A stretch of 64,000 nucleotides of DNA from Eledone cirrhosa (lineage: Eukaryota). A model generated the notes under the pieces. The model was not told where the DNA came from. It saw only the letters and a list, made by a program, of their open reading frames with translations, and ran no database searches. Below, piece after piece: positions 14,001 to 26,235 of the stretch (the stretch's first letter is position 1; each line of letters begins with the position of its first letter). The DNA is taken from contig OZ024759.1 in the NCBI GenBank assembly GCA_964016885.1, positions 27,590,001 through 27,654,000 on the forward strand. The letters run 5' to 3'. The translations under genes were made by a program, and so were the position numbers.

Positions 14001-17000
14001 TTCACTCTTCGCGAGTGCTCTAGGAACATAACCCCTACGAATAGAGGGACAACTGTATATAAAGGAAGGTAAAAGCCTGGCGGTTTTGAATTGTATATAG
14101 TACACCTTTTAAGGGTATATGTGTGGATGTTTACACATGGAGGCACATGGCTTAGTGGTTAGAGCATTGGGATTGCAATCGAAAGGTTGTGAGTTCAATT
14201 CTCAGACCGGGTGATGTGTTGTTTTCTTGAGCAAGACACTTTATTTCACATTGCTCCAGTTTACTCAGCTGTAGAAATGAGATGATAGGACTCGGTTATG
14301 TATAAGCAAGTCATGGTCAGCTGTAGAAATGATAGGGTCCCTATCATTCCACTGCAAAGTGGTCGTGGAGGTGCCACGGCAAAAAAGCACCCAGCACTCA
14401 CTGTAAATGAGGGGGGGAGGGGGGGGGGGGGGGGGCACATGTGTCTGTATGTATTGTAAAAACATGGTAACACAAACAAGAATATATCTCTCACCTTTTC
14501 AGAATCTGTAATGTCCACTCCACATCCCTCCTAGACAGAAAGGAACAAAAACAGACAATATTAGTGTATTTCACAAAATTTACTGTCACAAACAACAACA
14601 GCCCTACACAAGAGGCATAACTAGAGTACGGCAAGCCTGGCATTTGCCATGAGCCCCACTTTAGGGTTATCTGAAAGATGGGTGTCAGATGTTTGAGCAG
14701 GGGTGCAATTTCACTTCTTGCCATAGGTGCTATTTTCCCTAGTTACCTCTCTGCCCTACACATACACAACAAAAGAATAAGAATTTTAAGGCCATCATCC
14801 CAGCTAAAGCAGGGGTTTGACTTGTGGACCCCATGACAAGCTTCTCTTTTTCCCTATCATTTCTATCCTTACTCATCAACTCGTCTGGTTTTCATCATAT
14901 TTAGCCATGTCTGACTCCTCTCATCTAGTCACTTGCATCTTTCCTCAACATATGACCTAACCATCTCACACAATTTCTCACCACAACATTCATCACTGGC
15001 TCTATTCCTCATCCAGTCACTTTCATCTTTCCTCAACACATGACCCAGCCATCAAATTTAAAGATATCCAATATAAACCATTGTCCCCTACCATAACAAC
15101 AGTTTTAAATATTTCCGGACAGATTATCTGCTGGAATCCCATGTGGGTGAGACTCTCAGAGAAATGGTTGATAAACTTCCTCTCCAACCATGCCAGTGGA
15201 CCAAGCAGGAAATATGCACCATGTCCAATATCACTGCAAAACAATAAAACACATGCTTGTTAAGAACCACACGGGGAAATGTAGGAAGTATGAGAGAGAG
15301 AGACAGTTTAGAGAGCCAAAGGTGTATGGTGTCTTTTCGTCAAGATAGACCCCTCTTGGTTTTTTATATAAGATGATGATTGTCCAGTAATATTTTATGG
15401 TGTCTTTGGTGAAGGTAGACCTCTCTTCGTTCTGACATTAAAGGATGTTTGTCCAGTAAGATTTAATGGTGTCTTTGGTGAAGGTAGACCTCTCTTCGTT
15501 CTGACATTAAAGGATGTTTGTCCAGTAAGATTTAATGGTGTCTTTGGTGAAGGTAGACCTCTCTTCGTTCTGACATTAAAGGATGTTTGTCCAGTAAGAT
15601 TTTATGGTGTCTTTGGTGAAGGTAGACCTCTCTTCGTTCTGACATTAAAGGATGTTTGTCCAGTAAGATTTTATGGTGTCTTTGGTGAAGGTAGACCTCT
15701 CTTCGTTCTGACATTAAAGGATGTTTGTTCAGTAATATTTTATGGTGTCTTTGGTGAAGGTAGACCTCTCTTCGTTCTGACATCAAAGGATGTTTGTCAG
15801 TAAGATTTTATGGTGTCTTTGGTGAAGGTAGACCTCTCTTCGTTCTGACATTAAAGGATGTTTGTCCAGTAAGATTTTATGGTGTCTTTGGTGAAGGTAG
15901 ATATCTCTTCATTCTGACATTAAAGGATGTTTGTCCAGTAAGATTTTATATCTTTGGTCAAGATAGTTCACTCTGGTACTTTATTTTATTGACCCCCATA
16001 AGGTTGAAAGGCAAAGCTAACCACGGCAGGATTTGAACTCAGATCATGAAGGGGCATACCCTATGCAATAAAGTATGTTGGCCGATGCTCTACCAACACT
16101 GCTAATCCACAACACAAATAATAGGAAGAGAAGAGTTCAAGGCAACACATTGCAAATACTTAACTACAACAGGCTGTATGTATACAGAATTTACATATCT
16201 ATTATACAGTCTTTTACATTTCTGATAAGGCTTTTGGTAGTGGTTGAAACAAGTGTGACCACATGTTCACAAAGACATACTAGCACTGAGCATCTCACCT
16301 GAATTTAATCCAATTACGTTGTTGTCCCAGGGTCATATGATTAGGATGTGGCAGGTGAGTCAAACCTTTAAAAGAAACATTTTCTGGTTAAGAGAATTCT
16401 TGATCAGGTAGAAAATTTGGAGAATTCTTTAGGAAACAAGAATAAGTACAAGGCCAACAATTTGGTCAATTAAATCGACCCCAGTGCATTACTGGTGCTT
16501 TATTTCATCAACCTCATAAGGATGAAAGGCAAAGCTAACCTCTGCAGGATTTGAACTCAGAATGTAAAGGGACGTAAACTATATGCTGCAAATCACGTTG
16601 TCCAACACTCTGCCGATATTAATAACAATAGTAGAGGACTTACAAATATATACAGGATATAGAAAATAGCACAACTAGGCATTGCACAGATATTATGAAG
16701 AGTACACTCAAAACATCAGAAACAACAACCGCAAAGAACAATACTGCATATATCCAAGGCACAAACAGCTGTCCTCTGTAATGAGGTGATGACGCACAAT
16801 AACAATAAGATCAATAATTGCTTTTTGTCATGACACCAACACTATCACTTTACACATGTGTACTGGGAGCGTTTTGTTGTGACAACTAAACAACCAACCA
16901 CTTTACAGTGAAGGCTGAAGACTTCTTGTTATGTTACCTACACAACTGCAACTATATACAACAATAAAATTATCAATACAAATATATATACAACATCAAT

Positions 17001-20000
17001 AAAATTATTAATACAAATCTATTTACAATAATAAAAAATGTAATATTTAATAAATATATCTCACCATTTTCAGGAACATTTTCTTCCAAGATCTTCATGC
17101 CTTGTGTTGGCTACAATAAAACATAGCAAAAGCTGTAAGAAGACAATAAGACAGTCCAGCTATTGCTAGTATGATGATGATGGTGTTGGTGTTGGTGATG
17201 ATGATGATGGTAAAGGTGGAGGTGGTGATGATGGTAGTGGTAGTGGTGGTGATGATGATGGCGGTGGTGGTGGTGTTTTGATGATAGTGGTGGTGATGAT
17301 GATGGCGGTGGTGGTGGTAGTGATGATGATGGTGATGGTGGTGGTAATGGTGGTGGTGGTGGTGGTGGTGTTGATGATAATGATGGTAGCGGTGGTGGTG
17401 GTGGTGATGATGATGAATATGACAATGATGGTAGTAGTGGTGATGATGATGGTAGTGGTGGTGGTGATGATGATGAATATGACAATGATGGTGATGTTGA
17501 TGATGGTAGTGGTGATGGTGATGATGATGGTGCCTGCTCATACTTATGTTAACCTTTTAGCATTTAAACCAGCTATATCTGGCCATAATTCTCTCACCTC
17601 TTTCTGTTCAAACCAGTTGTAACCTGCCACTCATGCTGATGTTAAGGTATTGTTCTCAAAATAAATAATATCAAAATCTCATAGATTCGATATGATGTCA
17701 GGTAAAACCTTTACCACTAAAATATAGTAGTATATATAGTGTAATGTAGATGGTAAAGGGTTAATCCTAAGTCTGCTGTCAGCTCAATCAGGACTGACAG
17801 GAGCTAAATGACAACAACAACAACTTACTGTATCTTTATGTAGCACATTTGGTAACTTCAAACTTCGCATGATTACAGTCTCTTCCAAAATGTTGAAATC
17901 AGCCTAAAAAATTAATTAAATAAATAAATTAATATTTTCTTAATAATTTAAAATCCATTTTATCATGATCACGTTGCCATAACAAAAAGCACACAGTCCA
18001 CCCTGGCAAGGTGGTTATGAAGTTGCTATAACAAAAAGCACCCAGTCTACCCTGTAAGGTGGTCATGACATTGCTATAACAAAAAGCACCCAGTCCACTC
18101 TGTAAGGTGATCATATTGGTGACACGAGAAAAACCACCCAGCCCACTCTGTAAGGTGATTGTGTCGGTGCCACGACAAAAGCACCCAGTCCACACTATAA
18201 GGTGGTTGTGCTAGTGACAAGACAAAAGGCACCCAGTCCACCCTGTAAGGTCGTTGTGCTGGTGACAAGACAAAAGGCACCCAGTTCACCCAGTAAGGTG
18301 GTTGTGCTGGTGACCATACAAAAGGCACCCAGTTCACCCAGTAAGGTGGTTGTGCTAGTGACAAGACAAAAGGCATCCAGGCCACCCTGTTAGATGGTCA
18401 TTTTGGTGCCATGATAAAAAGCACCAAGTCCACACTGTAACATTGGTTGGTGTTAGAAAAGACATTCAGCAGTAGAGATCAATCCCAAAATACAGATCCG
18501 TATGAGTAAGACACAGTCTCCGGACCTGACTTATCTCATAACATGACAACCCATCTAACCCATGCAAGCGTGGAAAATGGACATTAAACAATGACGATGA
18601 TGATGATGTTAATGATGGTGATCGTGGTGGTGGTGACATGGGTATGGTTGGAGGTATATGACTAATTGGTGAAGTGTTGAGCTCACAACCATAAAGACTA
18701 TACCTGAAATACAAAGGGCCAGCCTTGTCATGTTGAATCTCAATGAGAGCTACAATAAAGACATATATGTCTGTGGAATACTCAGCCACTTACACTATAA
18801 CATAAGATGGACTCTATTATAAGAACCTTTTGTTAAGTTATGTTACAAATACCAGCTTAACCTTTTATCATTTAAACCAGCTGTATCCGGCCAGAATTCT
18901 CTCACCTCTTTCTGTTCAAACCAGCTGTAATTGTCCACTCATACCTACATTAAGGTATTGTTCTCAAAATAAATAATATCAAAATCTCATAGATTCGATA
19001 TTATGTGAGATAAAGCCTTTATCACGAAAATACAATAGTAAATATAGAGTAAGGTAAATGCTAAAGGGTTAATAATAAAATAATCATTTTAGTAAATCAG
19101 TCCAAATTCTTCATTAATTGAAGAGTATTTCATTAGAAATATGGACACAAAAAGGTTAACTTTCTTCTTCTCAAGTCATCCAATGTCTTGAGGTAGTGAT
19201 GAGGCATTAACAAAGTTCAAGCTTCGGAGTTCCCTGGTTGACCATTGCAGCATATAAATCCATTCCTTTGAGGCCTGTAGATGTCTTAATGGCTGATTTC
19301 AAGGTTATATACAGCTGACCAACTCATCTCTTTGCATTCAGAGTCCAGAGGAGCAATCAGCAATCCTCCAGTGCAAGGTTTCTCAAACTTTTTCAAACAC
19401 AAAACCCTATTTGGTTCAGAAACTTTTGGGGAAACCCCAAAGTCTAATACTGTTATATGATCGTAATATAAATATACTCCTCTACTATTTCCACGGAATC
19501 TCAGACACATGTTTGCGGAACCCACCTTGGGAACCACTGCTCCAGTGGGTTTATCATGGTGAGTGACATGGATGGCAAAGGGCCAGATGTTAACCTTTCT
19601 AATGAATTATAATTACTAGCAGAAAAACCACCCTTCGGGTGATTTTCTGCTAGCCTGTGTAGTGTACATATTGATATTATACGCAAGTATATATACATGT
19701 AGATATGATACATCAAATAAAATTGTAATTGACAATATACACAGAAATTGAACGAAGACTGCGTAATCTATGATACATTAAAAAAAGACGATCATCATCA
19801 TCATCATCATCAACGTTTAACGTCCGTGTTCCACGCTTGCATGGGTTTGGACGGGGGTAGTCCCACTTGAGGCAAGAGTGATTGTCTTGCTCACATAGGA
19901 CTGTCTGGCAGGTTTTCTACAGTTGGATGCCCTTCCTAACACCAACCACATTTACAGTGCGGGTCTGGGAGGTTTTTACCGTGTTGCCTACACGGCCACA

Positions 20001-23000
20001 TTACAGCGTGGACTGTGTGTTTTTTTGTCGTGACACCTACACGATCTCATTTGTTTCGGCCTGGATGGCGCGGCACCAACATAACTTTACATAGAACGGG
20101 GTGGTGTGGATGGGGTGGGGGTGGTGGCGGGACGGGGTGTAGTTTGTTAGAGATGCCTACTGGCAAGGCGGGTCTTCTCTGTTACTGAGTACCACCAAAG
20201 GTCACGGTCCAGTGACATTGTCTTGGAGAGGTGTAAGTGTGTGAGGTCGGAGTTTATCAGCTCATCCCATGTTTTTCTAGGTCTGCCTATTCCGTGGCTA
20301 CCGTCTATCTTTATTGCCCTGCACTTTGTAATACAGCTATCGACTTTCATGCGCATCACGTGTCCATACCAACGCAGCCTTCTCTCGAGTAAACAACATC
20401 TGATCCCTATTATATATAAACTGCATTAGGAGAAAATTAGTGACGGAAATATATGAATATTTATTTAAGCGATTGGTAACCGGAAGTGTTGACATTTGAA
20501 AATTTTAAAGAAGTGAATCTTTAAATAAGTAATAAAATATATTTAATGAACAGCCACAAAATTTAGTAGATAAATTATGTAATATTCATTCATTATTTAT
20601 TCAAAGTAATCCAACTTATTTTACTAAGGGGATAAAAAAATTATAAACCGTACGCAGTCCCGCGCTCCTTACTTTATTATAGTTTAGATTTCAGTTAAAT
20701 ATAAACTTACATTTAAAGTCTTTAGTGTCTGCCTCAGAGTTTTGCCACGAGGTTTCAGAATCTCCCTGGATTTCTTAACATCATCTGTTTCCTGAATAAA
20801 GATGAAAATATGTATTTGTTTATTAATGGTGTCGTCAGTATTACTCTTAGATACATGTGATGTTGATGATGATAATGATGATGAAGAAGATATATATATA
20901 TATGTGTGTGTAAATATATATCATCATCAACATCGTTTTACTAGAGGCTAAATAACAACAACAGCAGCAGCAACATCAACAGCTACAAACATAATTGTTT
21001 CTACTTGAGGCACAAGGCCAGCAATTACCCAGTGCATTACTGGTACTTACAAACATAATGGTTTCTGATTTAAGCACAAGGTCAACAATTTTAAGGAGAA
21101 GTCCATTAAATCGACGCCAGTGCATTACTGGTACTTCATTTGATTGACTCCTTAAAGATAAAAGGCAAAGCTAACCTGGGCGGGATTTGAACTCAGATGT
21201 AACTTTTATGTCCTGAGTTCAAATCCTGCCAACAACAACATAAACAATAGTACCATCTTCCAAACTTACTTTTACTTTAGTCAAAGCAGCCATCATGCTT
21301 GCAATAGTTCTTCTTTCTTCTTCCAGTTTCTCTTTCTCCATTTTTAATTTCATCAGCCATTTGTAATCCTCTGCCTGGTATTGAAAAAAATAAAAACATA
21401 ATGGACATTAGCGAGGAACCATACATAAGTAAGGACTGTACATTAGTAAGGACTGTACATTAGTAAGGACTGTATATAAGTAAGGACTGTACATTAGTAA
21501 GGACTGTACATTAGTAAGGACTGTATATAAGTAAGGACTGTACATTAGTAAGGACTGTATATAAGTAAGGACTGTACATTAGTAAGGACTGTACATTAGT
21601 AAGGACTGTACATTAGTAAGGACTGTACATTAGTAAGGACTGTACATTAGTAAGGACTGTACATTAGTAAGGACTGTACATTAGTAAGGACTGTACATTA
21701 GTAAGGACCGTACATTAGTAAGGACTGTACATTAGTAAGGACTGTACATTAGTAAGGACTGTACATTAGTAAGGACTGTACATTAGTAAGGACTGTACAT
21801 TAGTAAGGACTGTACATTAGTAAGGACTGTATTTTAGTAAGGACTGTACATTAGTAAAGACTGTACATTAGTAAGGACCGTACATTAGTAAGGACTGTAT
21901 ATTAGTAAGGACTGTACATTAGTAAGGACTGTACATTAGTAAGGACTGTATTTTAGTAAGGACTGTACATTAGTAAAGACTGTACATTAGTAAGGACCGT
22001 ACATTAGTAAGGACTGTATATTAGTAAGGACTGTACATTAGTAATGACTGTATATTAGTAAGGACTGTACATTAGTAAGGACTGTACATAAGTAAGGACT
22101 GTACATTAGTAATGACTGTACATAGGACTGTATATAAGTAAGGACTGTACATTAGTAAGGACTGTACATTAGTAAGGACTGTACATTAGTAAGGGCTGTA
22201 CATTAGTAAGGACTGTACATTAGTAAGGACTGTACATTAGTAAGGACTGTATATAAGTAAGGACTGTACATTAGTAAGGACTGTACATTAGTAAGGACTG
22301 TATATAAGTAAGGACTGTACATAAGTAAGGACTGTACATTAGTAAGTACTGTACATTAGTAAGGACTCTACATTAGTAAGGACTGTACATAAGTAAGGAC
22401 TGTACATTAGTAAGGACTGTACATTAGTAAGGACTGTACATAAGTAAGGACTGTACATTAGTAAGGACTGTACATTAGTAAGGACTGTACATAAGTAAGG
22501 ACTGTACATTAGTAATGACCACATTAGTAAGGACTGTATATTAGTAAGGAGTGTACATAAGTAAGGACTACATTAGTAATGACTGTACATAGGACTGTAT
22601 ATAAGAAGGGAGTGTATATAAAGATTGTATAGAGGGGAGTGTAAATAAGGACTGTATAAGGGGAGGACTATATATAAGGAGTGTTTATAAGGAGCATATT
22701 CCTGGCCTGTCCAGGAGATTAGCAGCCCCACTTCAGTACTGACTTGGTTTATGTAGACCTGTCCAACCCTAGCTAGCAGAGTAAGCAGACATTAAAACAA
22801 TGATGGTGATGATGAAGATAAAGATTATGATGATGATGATAGTCATGAAGATTAAGAAGATGATGATGATGATGATGATGATGATGGTGATAATGGTGAT
22901 TGATAATGATGAAGATGACTATGATGATGATGATGGTGATGATGATAATGAAGATGACAATGACGATGATGATGATGATAAAATGTACAATATATAAACA

Positions 23001-23339
23001 ACAACTCACCAAATCTTCTAAATTCATCTTTACACAGTTCCGAACACTTGTATTGGTTTTCAGCTCATCCAGGTTTTGGAATCTTTCTGCTAGATTTAAC
23101 GAGACATTTACGACTGGCGTGCGGCTCTCCTCAGAACGATTTACATAGAGTGAGGATGTAGAATGGCATCGAATGGGCTGAAGTCCACAATACCATAATT
23201 TGAAGGCACCGTTGGTTCTCTGAGGTCTAGAACCAACCAATAAATTCTTCCTTGGTATCAATGTCAAACAGCGAGATAATACTCCTGTTGACTTCTGATC
23301 CATGAGAAGTTTTCGAGTTGATAGCCTGAAAGCAGCCAT
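7934..23339 (-). CDS. Slimp: SLIMP-like catalytically degenerate mitochondrial seryl-tRNA synthetase paralogue (13 exons, 433 aa recovered; C-terminal exon(s) not found)
   Basis: GT-AG exons 23339-23010, 21374-21270, 20791-20711, 17903-17829, 17110-17065, 16365-16299, 15233-15092, 14530-14495, 13595-13511, 12183-12106, 11120-11068, 9116-9010 and 8027-7934 join in phase. Features: Arg/Ser/Leu-rich presequence, coiled-coil arm, LKLPNVLH, HMTLG, AYFLLGPLAWLE, PEIFKTVVMEGCG, EVWAPS (SerRS fold). HLVGISS replaces GTAE and KTYCP..GLYNTSQT replaces CYRAE..GLYRVHQF. Confidence 0.8.
9010..9116 (-). CDS. Slimp: SLIMP-like exon 12
   Basis: ccag|CEVCSVCHDESSSDDQFQQLLTIIWNFYSDLNLPA(R)|gtaaaa. Confidence 0.8.
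9225..10178. repeat. (CAC)-rich compound repeat with about 180-195-bp higher-order units
   Basis: Blocks catcaccatgccaaccactg / caatcgctgccaccaccttcc recur. Confidence 0.9.
11068..11120 (-). CDS. Slimp: SLIMP-like exon 11 (shortest form; upstream in-frame acceptors exist)
   Basis: tcag|(V)QSSCADIGLYNTSQTTK|gtgaaa. Confidence 0.75.
11121..11360 (-). repeat. 57-bp tandem repeat derived from the acceptor and 5' part of SLIMP exon 11 (4 extra units)
   Basis: CAG acceptors immediately before 11348, 11291, 11234, 11177 and 11120, exactly 57 nt apart. Confidence 0.85.
12106..12183 (-). CDS. Slimp: SLIMP-like exon 10 (degenerate motif 2)
   Basis: gtag|(A)FLTRMSVDCKSLPQTYFSIGKTYCP|gtatga. Confidence 0.8.
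13136..13466. mobile_element. hAT (Charlie-like) MITE
   Basis: TIRs CAGCGTTTCTCAACC / GGTTGAGAAACGCTG; 8-bp TSD ctctcatc/ctctaatc. Confidence 0.85.
13511..13595 (-). CDS. Slimp: SLIMP-like exon 9 (degenerate TxE region)
   Basis: gtag|IYTLENSEENPKIEHLTHLVGISSMSFA+G|gtaggg; 85 nt. Confidence 0.8.
14140..14410 (+). mobile_element. tRNA-derived SINE with RTE-LINE-derived 3' tail (copies at 12230-12625 -, 49340-49672 -, 49795-49913 -, 30993-31110 +, 54685-54800 -)
   Basis: A box tggcttagtgg, B box gagttcaattc, central ttgagcaagacacttt; tail matches the RTE 3' UTR. Confidence 0.8.
14495..14530 (-). CDS. Slimp: SLIMP-like exon 8
   Basis: ctag|EGCGVDITDSEK|gtgaga; completes the VMEGCG motif of mitochondrial SerRS/SLIMP. 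Confidence 0.8.
15092..15233 (-). CDS. Slimp: SLIMP-like exon 7 (class II motif 1 region)
   Basis: gcag|DIGHGAYFLLGPLAWLERKFINHFSESLTHMGFQQIICPEIFKTVVM|gtaggg. Confidence 0.85.
15380..15960. repeat. 69-bp tandem repeat, about 8 copies
   Basis: Unit tccagtaagattttatggtgtctttggtgaaggtagacctctcttcgttctgacattaaaggatgtttg. Confidence 0.95.
16299..16365 (-). CDS. Slimp: SLIMP-like exon 6
   Basis: aaag|(G)LTHLPHPNHMTLGQQRNWIKF(S)|gtgaga; HxxLG SerRS motif; phases 1/2 fit both neighbours. Confidence 0.8.
17065..17110 (-). CDS. Slimp: SLIMP-like exon 5
   Basis: gtag|PTQGMKILEENVPEN+G|gtgaga; 46 nt, phase fits exon 6. Confidence 0.7.
17829..17903 (-). CDS. Slimp: SLIMP-like exon 4
   Basis: ttag|ADFNILEETVIMRSLKLPNVLHKDT|gtaagt; contains the SerRS LPN motif. 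Confidence 0.85.
17975..18440. repeat. About 48-bp tandem repeat derived from a LINE/SINE 3' UTR motif
   Basis: acaaaaggcacccagtccaccctgtaaggtggttgtgctggtgacaag-like units. Confidence 0.8.
18858..19071. mobile_element. TTAA-flanked piggyBac-like MITE (other copies at about 12767-12980, 17549-17764, 58284-59672)
   Basis: ttaaccttt..catttaa ... gtaaatgctaaagggttaa termini; conserved internal sequence in at least 4 copies. Confidence 0.7.
19374..19539. mobile_element. hAT MITE
   Basis: CAAGGTTTCTCAA...TTGGGAACCACTG with perfect 8-bp TSD ctccagtg. Confidence 0.8.
20147..20412 (-). mobile_element. RTE LINE 3' fragment (related subfamily; similar piece at about 60925-61470)
   Basis: RLRWYGHVMRMK..GRPRKTWDELINSDL; followed by the shared LINE 3' UTR down to about 19790. 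Confidence 0.75.
20711..20791 (-). CDS. Slimp: SLIMP-like exon 3
   Basis: tcag|ETDDVKKSREILKPRGKTLRQTLKTLN|gtaagt; 81 nt. Confidence 0.8.
21270..21374 (-). CDS. Slimp: SLIMP-like exon 2 (coiled-coil arm)
   Basis: ccag|AEDYKWLMKLKMEKEKLEEERRTIASMMAALTKVK|gtaagt; 105 nt. Confidence 0.8.
21421..22600. repeat. 17-bp minisatellite (CATTAGTAAGGACTGTA)n, about 1.2 kb
   Basis: Direct reading. Confidence 0.97.
23010..23339 (-). CDS. Slimp: SLIMP-like exon 1 (mitochondrial targeting peptide and N-terminus)
   Basis: caagATGgct start; MAAFRLSTRKLL...RFQNLDELKTNTSVRNCVKMNLEDL, then GTGAGT donor; 330 nt, phase 0. Confidence 0.8.
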
Positions 23340-23879
23340 CTTGTATGACATAACACTATTGGTATCTCTATAACGAGGGATGATGGTACTGGTCACTTGG
23401 GATCACAAGGGGATCAGTAGCTAGGATTACAGTTGTTAGATTTATTCAGTAGAACAAAGCTAAGGATAATCCTCTTGTAAATTATCTTGAGAAGATGCCA
23501 TACTGTAAAATATGAAAATAGAAATAAAATTAATATAGAGGATCGAGACCTCTGGCATTACGCAGTAATATAGAAGACCCGCCTTCCCATGTGCATGGGT
23601 TGAAGCATACACCCCAATATGCACCTCTCCCTCCACTATTCCAAACACCTCCCACGTCCTAACACCCCACCCTTCATTCATGACCTTATACCCTTTTCAC
23701 CCCAGCCCCCAGTCAACAGCCTATACTGTAAAGTGATCATTTTGGTACCATGATAAAAAGCACCCAGTCCACACTGTAAATGTAGTTGAGCACTTGTTAG
23801 AATGTAGGAACATGTGTAAGTGAGGAGCCCTTAGTAGCATACAGGAAAATAAAATAATGATTTCTTTATTTATGTTTTT

Positions 23880-24175
23880 ATTTGATCAACAGCTTCCTTT
23901 TTATGCCGGTCATCATCGAGACCTCTGGTGTCCTTGGTCTCCACATTGCGGAATTCCTCTGCAAAATCAGAAAAACAGCAATCAACCTATCCGAAGCACC
24001 CATTGAAGTGGGGTGGTGGAGGCCTTGGATGTCCTTGGTCCCCACACTGCCGAATTCCTCTGCAAAATCAGAAAGACAGCACAAAGCCCTCCTGAGGAAG
24101 GAACCCTGTGAAGTGGGGTGGCTGGAGACCTCGGATGTCCATAGTCCCCACACTGCCGAATTCCTCTGCAAAATC
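23880..24175 (+). mobile_element. Internally repeated fragment resembling the C-terminal restriction-like endonuclease region of CRE-type non-LTR elements (similar piece on - strand at about 25500-25740)
   Basis: FMPVIIETSGVLG..AEFL motif; AVETSGVMGP in the second piece. Confidence 0.4.
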
Positions 24176-26235
24176 CCACCGAGGTTAGCTTTGCCTTTCG
24201 TCCTTACATGGGTGATAAAATAAAGTACCAGTAATGCACTGGGGTTGATTTAATCGACTTTCCCTTTCCGCTAAAATTGTTGGCCTTCTGTCTAAATCAG
24301 AAATCATTATTACATCAGTATCGTTAGAGGGTCGGATGCCATGGTTTGCAGCATGGAGTTACGGGCCTTTACGATCTGAGTTCAAGTCCCGCCGAGGTTG
24401 ACTTTGCCTTTCATCCTTACGGGGTCGATAAAGTGAAGTACCAGTAATGCACTGGGATGATTGCTGGGCTTGTGCCAAAAGTAGAAACAATTATTTTGAT
24501 CTGTCCACGCCTTGAACCTTGGGTGACACCTAAAGGTCAAACTCTAGGTCACCACCCTTTTGGTGTGAACAGGTTCATGCGTGGGCTATCCCCTCAAGGT
24601 GAGAGACAGAAAGCGACAGGTATATAAAGCCTCTATCATCCCACGTTTATACAGAGAGATCGGAGCACCACGATACAGACCAGCTATGTGAAAGATTCAC
24701 CGCTACCTTCAGGCCACAGTGGTCTACAGTCAACTACAGACCATTACTCTCTCTTTCTTCTCTTTGTCTCAGACTACACCAGCCTCATGAACCAACAACA
24801 AAAATAACATTGTCAACCTTCGCAACTCGTGGTAATATGTTTATTGTTCTTTTTGACTGAAGTGAAGTAAACCTTTATATATAAAGTAAATCATTTATTC
24901 TTGTTATTTCATCTAATAACCGTGTTAATCCATCTAACAATATCTTACAAATACCCTTCGTTAAACTATAATGTTTGTAGCTTGTATGAACAGACGATCT
25001 ATGATGAGCTTTTGAAGAATTCATATATAAAGGTTAAAGGATGATTTGCTCAAGCGCATAGATGTTATAAAATAGATTATAAAATTGGGTGAAGACTCTT
25101 AAAAAACGGAAAAAGAAGTTGCTATAGGCCGATATGAGCGTCTTTTAAGGGTCTTCACCGTATTTCATAACACCTATGCGTTTGAGCACATTATCCTTTA
25201 CACACACACATTCATACACACATATATATATATATATATCAGACTTGGCAACCTCTAAAAACCCAAATGAGGAGTACCATGAAAAAAAGTGCCCCAAAAC
25301 GGGGAGAATTTACATAATGAAAGCTATACCCATTTTCACAAGAGAAAACAAACATCCTCTCATCCACCTCAGCAAAGCATAATATCCAACGCTCTACCAA
25401 TTCTGCTTTCAGCAACCTACACAATCGAACATTTTTTAGAGAAGCGCTTCAAATTTAATATAAATTTGATCCTCAACGGGTTGAAAGTCCAGCCCTGGCA
25501 GTGATATGGGGACCCATAACACCAGAAGTTTCCACAGCTAGACGTTTGACAAGAAGACAGCTCACTTTAAGGGGCTCACTGTTACACGTGGTCAACCCCA
25601 CCCTGATAACAATGAATAGGAAGGTGGTACGGGGACCCGGAACACCAAAAATCTCCACAATAACAAGTTTGACCGACAAATCTATCAGAAAGCGGTGGAT
25701 ACTTCTGCAAGTTGCAACCTTCAGCTTGTCCGGCAACTAAGCCAGGACCTGTCACCGAAACATTTATTTCACCAGTTCGCTTCTACATCGATCTTAACTC
25801 CTTTTGAAATATAATTATAGCAAATATACGGTTATTCATTTGTATAAACAATACTAACCTGATAAAACACGCCGCTATAGAATGTTTGCCATAAATCGGT
25901 ATTACTGTCGTAAGACACAATTAAAATTTCACTACAATTACTTATATATATATATATATATAAATAACATATTTTAATTGCTTGACTTCATTTTATTTAA
26001 TTTCTTACAAAGAATAATGTCATATTTATTTCATATATTAAATTCAATTCTATTTTATATTTGCTCAGTGTCGTTATATGACGTTCCAGTTGTTGTTAGC
26101 GGCTTTTCAGGCTGCAATCAAGTTGACGCTCACAACATCCGTAGTCGAACTTAATTATAAATTGTTAAATACAAGTAATTATCGTTGTTCTTTTTGGGGG
26201 GTTTGTGGGTATATTTTTATTTTAAACGCAAATAA

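Noticed and set aside
14140-14212. tRNA gene (also 30993-31065 and 49840-49913)
   Set aside because: A and B boxes are present, but the sequence continues into a SINE body and the cloverleaf is degenerate. These are SINE heads.
15380-15960. Regular repeat array resembling CRISPR
   Set aside because: The 69-bp units are contiguous with no unique spacers, there are no cas genes, and the array sits in a eukaryotic intron.
19194-19320. Intronic C/D snoRNA (GTGATGA...CTGA)
   Set aside because: I could not recognise a terminal stem or rRNA complementarity, and TGATGA is ubiquitous in this genome.
7934-23339. Calling the gene SARS2 (active mitochondrial SerRS)
   Set aside because: The TxE motif, the motif-2 Arg and the GLYRVHQF residues are all substituted, which fits SLIMP better.
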